Of a stretch of 64,000 nucleotides of DNA, positions 36,245 to 47,655 are shown in pieces. The notes under the pieces were generated by a model that worked only from the letters and a program-made list of their open reading frames with translations, searched no databases and was not told the DNA's origin. Within the stretch, counting starts at the first letter, position 1, and each line of letters opens with the position of its first letter. Made by a program: the position numbers and the translations under genes. Source of the stretch: Lepidodermella squamata (taxonomy: Eukaryota; Animalia; Gastrotricha); NCBI GenBank assembly GCA_047495785.1, contig JBLDXI010000028.1, positions 1,905,462 through 1,969,461 of the forward strand, read 5' to 3'.

Positions 36245-37158
36245 ATGTAAAAATCGGCTGAAAGCGCCAGAAGAGGTTCGATTGATCGGCCATATCGGTT
36301 AGCATGAGAATCGATAGATCTGAGCAAAATTCGAAGACCCATTTCATGGCAGAAAGGCGCGTTCAAGCCAATCTAAAAAATTCCGAAAATTCCGAAAATC
36401 AAAGGTATATTTTGAAAATACCGATCCATAAATCGCATGACAAGTTTCGACATGTTTCCCGCACAGTATCGCAGCATCCGTAGCAGTAATACACAGCAAA
36501 CCGCCATCTTCAACCGCTTGAACGGCTGAGTCGAGGAATGGCGCTGGGGTGCCGAAAGGGTCAATATCAATCACATCGTAGCGGCGAACAGCGGCGGTGG
36601 GGCGAGAGGCAAACATCACAGCAATAGCGTCATCCTCCGTAATTTTCATCATGTTTTCAATGTTATTCAGTTTCACGTTTTCAGTCAGAAGGCAGACAGC
36701 ATCTGCGCTCAAATCGTTCGCATGAACTTCTTCGACACCTTGAATAATGTGAGAGGTAAACAATTCTGAACACTTTTGAATGATAATTAACCTGGTGCTT
36801 CGAGGGCAAATCGAATCGCCCGCAGCCCAGTTGCGGCGAGTGGTTCCAGGATTCGAATTCCCTTTTCAGATTTTTCGCCACGTTTCAACTCAGCGAATTT
36901 CGCATCATCTTTCAATTTTTCTCGAACGAATTGTGAAATAACTGCGATTGTTAAATCACGATTAAACTGCTGAACCGGATTGTAGAAAACTTTCGGACCA
37001 GCCGAAATTCGCGCTTTTCCCTCAGTAATTTCGTCGCCAATCGTTGACTGGGGATGGCGCGGGTCAGCCGCGGTTTTCACCTCACTTGACGTCATTAAAA
37101 ATCGCCTTAAAATGAGTCTAGGCGAAAAACGAACAATCATTGTAAAGCATTCTATCAA
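36245..37158 (-). CDS. TRMT1: tRNA (guanine26-N2)-dimethyltransferase, only the first three exons present
   Basis: [52 protein letters not shown]. Exon 36372-36245 gives [11 protein letters not shown]...[10 protein letters not shown]. Downstream exons not found. Exact start Met uncertain. Confidence 0.85.
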
Positions 37159-37332
37159 TAAATTGTTACGATTTTCAACCGTTGGCTTTGAAAAGCATGC
37201 ACTTATATCAAACTAGAAGAGAAGAGATTAAGGTGATTATTCACACTCCGTCTCTGATTTGTCAAAAGAAAGAACTCGTGATGATCATTAGCAACACGTC
37301 AATTTCAAGTCTTAAATTTCACCGGCTCTTGT

Positions 37333-38676
37333 TTAGAAATTCGAATTGAGCAAATATTTTCGAATAACTCCATCGCGGCAAGCCGTGTAGATGTAGCGGC
37401 CGTCACTGACCAGGCGTGTCACCGGCTCGCAATCCGCACCGGTCAGTTCGATAACCGGGCCTTTGTTCGCCTTCTCCGAGGCAAGCTTCGTAAACATCGC
37501 ATTTCCAACCGAATACGCAGATCCATCCGAGGAAGTAGCCCACAAACGATTATCGATAACTTGCAGGCTCAAAATCGCGCCTCGAGTACGGTTGTCGACA
37601 TGAGCGACCGGCAATTCAGGTCGGCGCATGTCCAACGCGTAAATTTGGCCATCCTGAGTACCGCACACGACATGGAATGGCGCAAGGTCGCCCAGGGTCG
37701 TGCAGCAGTTGACAGGAGCAGTCAACTTCAGGTCGAACAACTTTTGCCTGAATTCGTCCTCAATCAAACAGCCCAAGAGTCGACCTGACTCACAAGCAGC
37801 CAGAACTAATTTTCCATTCGGAGTCTCGCAATTCGGCGGGCAATCAGCTAGAGCAATGCTGTTCAACGGGTAGCTCAACGCGAATTCAAGCGGGGCTAGC
37901 TCGTAAATGTGAATAGGCTGCTGGGTAGAGACGTCCCACAAACGGATAGTCCCGTCGCGAGAGCAGGACAACACATTCCGACCTTTGTCGATGATGGCGG
38001 TTTCGTTGATAGCACCGGCATGTCCAACCAAAGTAGCGGCGCAGTTGCCAGTATCAGCCGCCCAGACACGGATAGTCAAATCAGCTCCAGCAGTCAACGC
38101 AACGACACCGGATGGGAAAAATCGGCAGGTGTAAATCTCGCCAAAGTGGCCTTGCAGTTGCCTCTGTTTTCGTTATTAAATCAAACAATTTCAAAACGAT
38201 TTTAGCAAGAACTTACGCGAACTTCGCCAGTTGCGGTATCCCAAATGAATAATTGATCATCACAGGCAGATGAGATGCCAATTCCTCCGTTAGTAACATC
38301 TAGACCTCGAATGTACTTGGCAGACGAATGAATATTCTCGAACTGCTTGGTGACCGAAGCAAAACGCTGCTCAAGAACGGCACCGTCGCCCCATTTGCAC
38401 GTTACGTCGATTGATCCGGCGCTTTTGCGATCGAAGCGAGCCGAAAAGTCGTTGACGCTGAAGTCTTTGTTGTTTTTCTCAGAGATGTAGTCGTTCAAGA
38501 CAAGAGAAGAATGGGTCCGAGTGCCGGCTGAAATGAAACACAGTCTGATCTGATTCTGCCAAAGAAAATCGAGCATTACCAGCATTTTCAAAAATGGCCC
38601 AGATTTTTTCGGTCTTTTCACCGACAGAGACTGATTCCCAGTCAGGCTGCAAAATGACGCGGCCCTCAGCGTTCAT
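37333..38676 (-). CDS. PAAF1: Proteasomal ATPase-associated factor 1 (Rpn14-like WD40 protein), 3 exons
   Basis: GHFGEIYTCRFFPSGVVALTAGAD, GRNVLSCSRDGTIRLWD, ELTGADCEPV...IYTACRDGVIRKY. N-terminal ILQPDW. Confidence 0.9.
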
Positions 38677-38876
38677 GATTAAAACCTACACACAATGGAA
38701 ATTATCATTAAACCAATCCATAATTATTTTTTAAACGTGCAGCGTAGTTAGGCATTTAGTGTTTCTAAGAAACTTCAACTCCGGTTATCTTAAATCATAA
38801 ATCTCGACAATTTCGATGTACAGACATCAATTAGATACAATTCACGATTCCAGGACAACTAAGAACCAGATACGAC

Positions 38877-39594
38877 TTAGTCGCGCGATGCTTTGAGCTG
38901 CTTTTTCCGTTGACCGAACATGTGCAAATAAAGCTGAGGGAAAACTGAAAAATGGAATTAAAATTAAACCAGCGATGCGTGGCACAATGAGCAACTTACT
39001 CGGGAAGTACATGGCGATCGCGACAATCAAAAAGTAAGGATAATAGAATGCAAAATTGTACTTGTTGGGCAAGGAAAGGCGGAATAAAGTAGCCGAAAAG
39101 GTGAGCGAATAAAGGATAGACCAAACTTCTCCAGCGACGCCAAGAGGGTAAAGTACGATGAAGAGGGTGTAGCGTAGCCATGTCAAAATATAGGGAACGC
39201 AATCGTACAGCGCAAATGCGTAGTAAGAATACCGGATAACCTCAGTGACGGACCACGCAAACAAGAACATGGGAACCGAGATGTGAGTCTGAACCTGCTT
39301 GACCGAGTAAGCAATTCCCCACGTCACCAGAAGGCGAGAAAAGACTTGAAAAGCAGTTAGCACCGGGTTTGATTTGACCAAGCCGAGAGCAGCATGCAAG
39401 ATTTCCATGACCGCAGCGGTTTGGAACACGAGCAGATGCCATTCGACGGCTGGGTATAGCTTGCTAAATGGAACAAGGCTGTTGTTCAAGTAAGCACGAT
39501 AAGCACACCAGCAGGTCTGAGCCAAAATAATGAACCAGCCATACACAAGAACAACATTGTAGCCAACAAGGTATGCGCGCTTCAAAAATCCCAT
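38877..39594 (-). CDS. HACD: Very-long-chain 3-hydroxyacyl-CoA dehydratase (PTPLA/HACD family), 2 exons
   Basis: FQTAAVMEILHAALGLV, QVFSR, WSVTEVIRYSYY, LRYTLFIVLYPLGVAGE. Exon 2 (38944-38877) gives IFPQLYLHMFGQRKKQL. Confidence 0.92.
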
Positions 39595-40185
39595 GCTTGG
39601 TCAGCTGCTGATAAAAATGTCACTATCGATCGTAAAAGAATTGATTAAGCACTCAATGAAATAGAAAGTAGGTAAAAAATTAGGGGCAAATCAAGGCCAC
39701 AATTCGAGGTTCAAGCTCCATGCCAGGTTTGCCCAGAAATTGAGGTGCGATCGTGGACGCAACGACGATTAGCATTTAAATATAGTAGGATATAGGTTAG
39801 ACAACACTTTCAACATCTCGAAAAGACTCAAAATCTGAGTCACTGCACCGGCTGGATGGGAAATTTATGCGAAAAATTGGATACAGAAGTAAAACCGCAG
39901 GTAGCAAGACGCCGGAGTGCACTTCCCACGAGCGCCGATCAGAAGGAAACAACAAAAAAGCCGCCGAAAAAGCGCCAACTGCAACCTAATTGAGCCATTT
40001 TTTCTTGAACTTATTTTCAGTTTATTCGACTTAATTTTATTTAAAATATTAATTGACTGGATCGTAAATTTTTACAAATGACTTATTTTAGCGTTGTTGG
40101 CTACGCGAAACGAAATGCTGTAGAAAGCGTTCGGCGATACTGCAGATTACCCGTTTCTTAGTCTCAAGCTGTTTGCTGCTGAGCA

Positions 40186-43100
40186 ATGTTTGCGTATCTT
40201 AGTAAAAAGGTAAATTTCCATTATTGGAAGTAACTCGTGTAATTTGAGAGTCCCTTGCAGATCTCCGTCCCGAACAATGCCAACGTGTCATCGATATGTT
40301 GGGATCAGACAGACGGTTACATTGCTTGCGGCTGCGAAGGGAACTTATTGAAAGTTCTCAAGCTCGAATCATCATCGGGTGAGTTCAGAATGTTTGCATT
40401 AAAGAAATATTTCAGTTCTCTGTTTTATTGCCTCTTGCAGGCAACGAGCCGAGGTTGCGTGGATTAGCGGCTCCATCAAATCTTTCGACTAACCAGACGC
40501 TCGAGGGTCACACTGGTGGGTTACGCTGCTTAGAATATTAATTTTTCCTGAAAATACTAATGTGGCTAACAGGCGCAATCAGGGTTGTGGTATGGAATGA
40601 ACGCAGTAAGAAGCTCACCTCGAGTGATGATAATGGCCTCATCATCGTTTGGATGGTGTACAAGGGTAAGCCTACTAATTACTGAGCTAGCATTATCGAT
40701 TAGTTCCATCATAATTCTAGGAAATCTCTATGAGGAGATGATAAATAATCGCACCAAGTCAATGGTTCGCGATATGCGGTGGAATTACAGCGGTGAAAAA
40801 ATCTGCATCTCTTACGAAGACGGTATGTCCCTATTTGAATGTCAAAACCGTGACGAAAGAGAAATAATTTCAAAGGAACTGTAATTGTTGGCTCTGTTGA
40901 TGGCAATCGCATCTGGGGGAAAGACCTTGGAATGCGCCTACACCAATGCGAGTGGTCACCGAACGGTCGATTGATTTTGTTTGGAAATTCGGAGGGCGAG
41001 GTGTTCGTGTACGACAATCAGGGAAACAAAGTTGCCAAGATAGAATTCGACCAAACTCCAGGAGAATTAGCAGCAGTTCATTGGTTTAATGGACGCTCAA
41101 CGGATCCTGCCGCCGCCGTTCTCGCAATAGTGTTTAAGACTGGTGACATTTACTTGCTGAAAAATGAATCAGACTCAAGTAAGTCATGCGATATTGAGCT
41201 TCTTGAACGATAACGGTAATGTTCACTTTTAGCATACATGGCCGTCGAGTCTGGTGTCAAAGCTACTTGCGCTCGCTGGAGCCCTGACGGTAAAATACTC
41301 GCCATGCTGTCATGCTGTAAATTCGCTAACATGTTGGAAATATCTTTAATTATTGCCTTCGAAAGAGCTTCCGGCCGCACGCAATGCAGGAGATGGGCAG
41401 ACCTCTGCCGGCCGGAAAATCTGGGTTTGAGAATCACTGGGTTATTAAATTATGACGTGAAAATGTGCATTTTTGAGGGTTAATCATTGTTCATCTAACC
41501 AGACTGGAAAACGCAGTATGGGTATAATTCAACCCTTCATTCAATCAGGATCGAGGCTAAACTTGTTTTTGTTAGTTTAGTTTAGTTTAGTTTTATTTTG
41601 CTCCGTAAACATGATGAATATATATATGTATCTATCACATAGATACTAGTTAATTATATATAACAAATTATATATTAGTCGATCAGGAGCCAGGGACACA
41701 TATGCGCCCTGTCCACTCACATTATATTTTTGTAATAATATTTTTTATATGGTTTTTAAAGATTAGTCGATCATTAATATCTACTATAAAGGCTGGCAAT
41801 TTGTTCCAATTATTTACAACTCTAAAGCTAAAGAAATGAAATAGCACATCAAGATGAGATTTACGCATCAGGAGAAAATATTTATGGCTACGTGTATCAT
41901 AGTTTGATTTTTTAACATCGAAAAAACATTTCGTATCTAGATTAACATTGTCTTTCAATATATCATTAGTTACACATATATCTCTAACCAAGTGACGCTG
42001 AATAATAGTTAAGCGGCTAAGTTTTAGAAGTCTTTTTTCGTAGTCATGCGTTTTCATCACGCGCCAGGTAAATGTTTTTTGCACACCTTCCAATAACTTT
42101 TGGTCGCCAATTAGTCTTGGAGACCAAACAGTACTACAATAGAGTAAGATGGGTAACACATAAATGTCAAAGGCTTTCATTAATATTTCAGTTTTCTTCG
42201 TTTGGAACGAGCGTAAAATCATACCGCATATTTTCCTAGCTTTAGCAACAGTTTTGGCACATTGGCTGGAGAAAGTCAGACGGCTGTCAACAATAACACC
42301 CAGATCTTTAATTTCATCCACACATTCTAGATTTTTTTGTCCGATTACAATACGCTGCTTAGAATATTAATTTTTCCTGAAAATACTAATGTGGCTAACA
42401 GGCGCAATCAGGGTTGTGGTATGGAATGAACGCAGTAAGAAGCTCACCTCGAGTGATGATAATGGCCTCATCATCGTTTGGATGGTGTACAAGGGTAAGC
42501 CTACTAATTACTGAGCTAGCATTATCGATTAGTTCCATCATAATTCTAGGAAATCTCTATGAGGAGATGATAAATAATCGCACCAAGTCAATGGTTCGCG
42601 ATATGCGGTGGAATTACAGCGGTGAAAAAATCTGCATCTCTTACGAAGACGGTATGTCCCTATTTGAATGTCAAAACCGTGACGAAAGAGAAATAATTTC
42701 AAAGGAACTGTAATTGTTGGCTCTGTTGATGGCAATCGCATCTGGGGGAAAGACCTTGGAATGCGCCTACACCAATGCGAGTGGTCACCGAACGGTCGAT
42801 TGATTTTGTTTGGAAATTCGGAGGGCGAGGTGTTCGTGTACGACAATCAGGGAAACAAAGTTGCCAAGATAGAATTCGACCAAACTCCAGGAGAATTAGC
42901 AGCAGTTCATTGGTTTAATGGACGCTCAACGGATCCTGCCGCCGCCGTTCTCGCAATAGTGTTTAAGACTGGTGACATTTACTTGCTGAAAAATGAATCA
43001 GACTCAAGTAAGTCATGCGATATTGAGCTTCTTGAACGATAACGGTAATGTTCACTTTTAGCATACATGGCCGTCGAGTCTGGTGTCAAAGCTACTTGCG

Positions 43101-46092
43101 CTCGCTGGAGCCCTGACGGTAAAATACTCGCCGTGACTGGTCAACAGTCCGTTCGAGACACGGAACGTGATCGAGATAGAGATATCAACGTTGTGAATTT
43201 TTACACAAACACTGGGGTCTATCTACGAAGTGTAAAATTACCCGGACGAGCCGTAACGGCTTGTTCATGGGAAGCGACTGGTCTCCGCCTAGCTCTTGCC
43301 ATCGACTCCTACATTTACTTCGCCAATATTCGGCCAGAATACAAAGTAATTTTGAGTTTCCGATAATCAAATAATGAATTCATTCGGGAATTTTCAGTGG
43401 GCTTACTGTACCAATACTTTGGCCTATGCTTTCAACAAAGCCAATACTGAAGAGCAATTTGTAATGTTCTGGAATATTCGCAAAAATCTGGTAAGATTTT
43501 GTAATTAAATATAATAGATATGAAATAGTGTAAACAATTTAGCGTCAAATACGACCGGTACGTCAACTGTATCGAATGACTGGCGGAGGCGATTTCTGCT
43601 GCTTGGCTTGTCGATCTGATGATCCATCAAGCCAATACGCTCTCTTTTTGTGCAATGCCCTAGGCATATCTATGGACACTCGGTACACCGATCTCGAGCC
43701 AGTTTTTCTTACGATGACTCGAAACAACGTTATTTGCGCATCGAAGGAGGCTTTTTACGTCTGGCAGTATTTGGATCCAAACAGAATCCTTTTACTCGAA
43801 CGGCAGAAAACGGTTTCGGAGAAACTCTATCACATTGATGAAACGCCTTCGGGTATTGGTAGCGATACTATCGACATGAATAAGATTTATAAGGTTGGTT
43901 AATTTTTCAAGTTGTGAAGAATTTTCTGAAGAGTTATCTCCCTCTAGACCACCGAGGATCCGATTGTTGCTATAGGAGCATCTGATACGCTGCTTTTGAT
44001 TGTGAGTTGGCTACCTTTGGCAAATATTTGCCTTATTATCGTCGTTTTAGGGTCGTCAAAGTGGTACTGTGAACTGTTATTCACTTCCCCAAGTTGCATT
44101 GATTGACAAATTTGTCTTGACTGTTCGACCATACCGATTTTCTCTGAATTCTCAAAGCACGAAAGTCGCGATTCTTGACACCAGTGGCGTTTTGATGTTC
44201 TACAATCTTGAAACGAAAACAGTCGAACCTATGGCAGTTCAAATAGATGCTCCAGCGGCAAATAACGCCACCGCTAAAGGCACGGTAGAGCAACCTGCTG
44301 CAAATGCTGCTCAGCCACCGGCATCGAATGAGAAAAAAGACGTTTGGGACATGATGTGGGCTGAAGATAACAACACGATGTTCACATGCCTCGAAAAAAC
44401 TAAATTGTGCGTGTTGCGAGACGAGAAATTCGAAGAACCTGTTCTGACGTCAGGCTACATTTGCTCATTCTCCGAACTTCAAGTTCGAGTCGCGATGCTG
44501 GATGAAATTTTGCGAACACCCGAAGAACCAAACCCAGAATACGTGCTAAATTTGGAGATCAAAATTCTTCGCGACGCTCGCGAGTTGTTGAAAAAAGGCA
44601 GCTTGAACGATGTTCAAAAGTTTGTCGAGTCAAATTCCCATGCCAAACTCTGGAAGCTACTTGCTGATGCGGCTCTGGAGCAAAATAATTTGAAAATGGC
44701 AGAACATGCTTTTGTGAGATGCCGTGATTATGCGGGCATCAAATTCGTCCAACACCTCGAGCGGCTTCAAAATGACCGCCTCCGAAAGGGAGAGGTCGAA
44801 GCTTATTTCGAGCGATTCGATAGCGCTGAGCAAATGTTTCGAGCAGCTGATCGGCTGTAAGCTTACTAGAAAAGTTGTTTTTCAAATTTTAAATGTATTT
44901 TTTTTACAGCGATTTGGCGGTAGCTTTGCGAAAAAAGCTTGGCGATTGGACGCGAGTTGTTAGCTTGTTGAAGGCTGATTCGGGCGGTGGAAACGATCGT
45001 GAACTGGAAGCTGCGTGTACAGCTTTAGGCGAATTCCACGCCGAGCGCCAGCAATGGCTTCAAGCCGTAACTTACTTACAACAAGCCCATAATTCCGAAC
45101 GATTAGTCGAATGCTACTTCATGCTGGAAGATTACGCTAATTTGGAACAGGCAGCAAATGCTCTTCCTAATAGTCACAAGCTTCTACCTGTAAGTTTCTA
45201 CCTCCAATCTGTTGAGTTTAATTTTTTAGTGCAATAATTTGAAATTGATATTTTCATTTCTCTTCCCCGCGACTGATCTTTCATACCCTCACGGGTTTGA
45301 GGAAGGGGAATGCGAAGGCAAATAAAAAAATATATCAAAAATTTAAAAATCAAAAAAATTAAGCAATATCCAGATTCAAAACTAAGTCGAATTATAGCCA
45401 GGCAGGAAATCCCCTCAAAAAATGCTGCTAAATAACCAACATTATCCGAGATAAATACCTAATTTATTTCTATCAATATTTGTCATTTTTAGGAAGTCGG
45501 CCAAATGTTTCAAGGTGTAGGATTGTGCGATCAAGCTGTTAATTGCTATGTTCGGGTGAGTAATTTTTTCTTAATTTTTCTATAATTTTTTAATTTTTTA
45601 AATATTTATTTCAGGCTGGTAAAATTAGGGAGGCTGTCGATTGTTGTATCCAGCTTAATTCATGGAGCAAAGCTGTTGATTTAGCCGAGAAACACGGCCT
45701 GTCTGACGTTCCGCTGATGCTGCCTCGTCTGGCTCAACAAATGATTGAACAAAATCGAATTATTTCAGCTACCGAACTTTTCCGACGTGCCGAGCGTTTC
45801 CTCGACGCTGCTAAACTGCTGTTCAAATGCGCTGATCGTCTCGCAGCGAGTAACAAGTCCGATGCTGTTGAAGAAAATCTACGTCCTAGCTGCGTTGTTG
45901 GTGGAGCGACATCACGAGCGGATCAAGGACCAACAGAGGGCGGGTAGTGGCCAGGCGAGTCGACCTGGTGGACCGGCCGGTTCGGCTGCGTTGAGGAAGT
46001 CGTCGATGATGCCGGCAACGTTAGGGGCTGGTTCGGCCAGGGCTTCGATCTCGCGAAGCAGTATGCAGTCTGTGAGCGGCAAAACAGTCGAT
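40186..46092 (+). CDS. WDR35: WD repeat protein 35 / IFT121; multi-exon, internally duplicated, frameshifted near 45855, 3' exons absent from the window
   Basis: MFAYLSKK|[73 protein letters not shown]. Confidence 0.9.
40522..43132 (+). repeat. 782-bp direct duplication (40522-41303 = 42351-43132) flanking a 1047-bp insert
   Basis: Identical sequence and ORFs at offset 1829, from TACGCTGCTTAGAAT to AAAATACTCGCC. Confidence 0.95.
41570..42350 (-). mobile_element. 5'-truncated CR1-like LINE (ORF2 C-terminus, 3' UTR and (CTAAA)n tail)
   Basis: [51 protein letters not shown]. The microsatellite reads TTTAG repeats on + at ~41571-41595. Confidence 0.88.
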
Positions 46093-46451
46093 GTAAGTTG
46101 GATTGACATCATGGAAAATTGACGATTTGCCTTGATTTAATCGATTATTAACTTCTTTCGATATGGAATTCATGCTTATTTAAAACAGGGTTTATTCCAA
46201 TTTTTAAGTGTCTAAAATTGGTTGCGCCACTACCTAATTTAGGATTTAGGGTTTAAGCACTCTTGCCCTAAATTTGTCCAATTATTTCCAATTATTTAAT
46301 TATTCAAATGTCAAATGTCCAATTATTAGCTTTTTTATCGATCTTAATGCCTCAAATAATCCTGGAATTTTAGTTTTATTTAATTTATAATTTTTATCTG
46401 ATGTTGGGTTCCAATGCTTCTGATATCGGAAAAATCATTGATTATCAAAAT

Positions 46452-47241
46452 CAGCGGTTCTCATGAGGGGGTTTGCGACCCAAAATTGGGTCGCAGAGGC
46501 TTTTCTGATGGGTCGCTAGGTGGACCGCGGGTCGCATGGGTCGAAAGGCAAAAACATGTAAAAAACTAAATAAATGATGAGATGAAATAAATAAATGAGA
46601 TAAAAGTGGAAAAATTACTTATTATCGAATTTTCCAGTGCTATAGAACATGCTTTTTCAACACTTTTAGCTCTGAAACTTAACTTTAGCCTACTTTTTAG
46701 TCAATTTTAACAGGTTTTGGAGCGTTTTTTAATGAAAAATCTTCAAAATGTCTTCGCTTCGCTCGTTTATTGGTTGAAATCAGAGCGTTGACAGAGTGGG
46801 GGGTGGGGGATCGGGAATAAAACACCCCCAAAGAATTCCTGAAAGTGGTTTCCAACTACAATTTTCCTATGAATCCTCCATATTCCACTGCATTTTAAGC
46901 CCATTTTCGGGTTAAAAATGCCAAAAAAGCGTCAGCTAAAGCTCGCTTCGCTCGCGAGCCCGAGGGTGAAAACTATCACCCCCAAAAAAATATCCTGGCT
47001 ACGCCACTGGTTGAAATCACTAGTCATTTTGGGTAATATATAGCACACAATTTTTTTCAGCCTCGACGGCTGCAGGATCCATGTTCCAAGCGTTTCCAAA
47101 ATTGATGCCTAAAAATAGTATAAAAAAGAAGAAAAATAAAGAATGTACCCCCCAAAATTGAAAATTATAAGCGCCAGGGTCGCACAATTTTCTTGAAAAC
47201 CACTTTTAGGGTCGGGAACTGCCCAGTCGTGAGAACCACTG
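46452..47241. mobile_element. hAT (Charlie-like) non-autonomous element; second copy at 48124-48913
   Basis: TIRs CAGCGGTTCTCA / TGAGAACCACTG. 8-bp TSD ATCAAAAT at 46444-46451 and 47242-47249. Subterminal GGGTCGC repeats. Confidence 0.85.
46781..47009. mobile_element. Second hAT-type MITE nested in the first; copy at 48453-48681
   Basis: 8-bp TSD GTTGAAAT at 46773-46780 and 47010-47017. Imperfect TIRs CAGAGCGTTGACAG / CTGGCTACGCCACTG. Confidence 0.75.
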
Positions 47242-47367
47242 ATCAAAATCGATACTCGAATCGAATCGAAATCAGTATCGGCTCTGAAATCGATAGTGTG
47301 GTCTATCGATTTAGCCTTATTATATTTAGCCGAGATCACACAAAAATGAATGAAAAATTGTTGCATA

Positions 47368-47655
47368 CAGGGTGTTTCAGAACTCGCGCACTATATGAAT
47401 AGCATGCGGCAAATGCGCGCGCATTGTTATGCGCATACACTATTATACGCGTATACTATTTTACCTATAAATGTACCACACACTACTGTAGTCAGCGTAT
47501 AAAATATGCGTAATACATAAATGTACAGCATACATAATAGCACTGCCGTAGTTATTTTCTGGTGGAAACCTTCGAGCCTCGATAAATTTGAGCCGAGTTT
47601 CATTGAATATCTTTTTTATTTCGAGGATGATGTCATGTTTTTCTGAAACATGCTG
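47368..47655. mobile_element. Possible Tc1/mariner-type MITE
   Basis: TA-CAGGGTGTTTCAGA ... TCTGAAACATGCTG imperfect TIRs. The right TA is not conserved. Confidence 0.4.
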
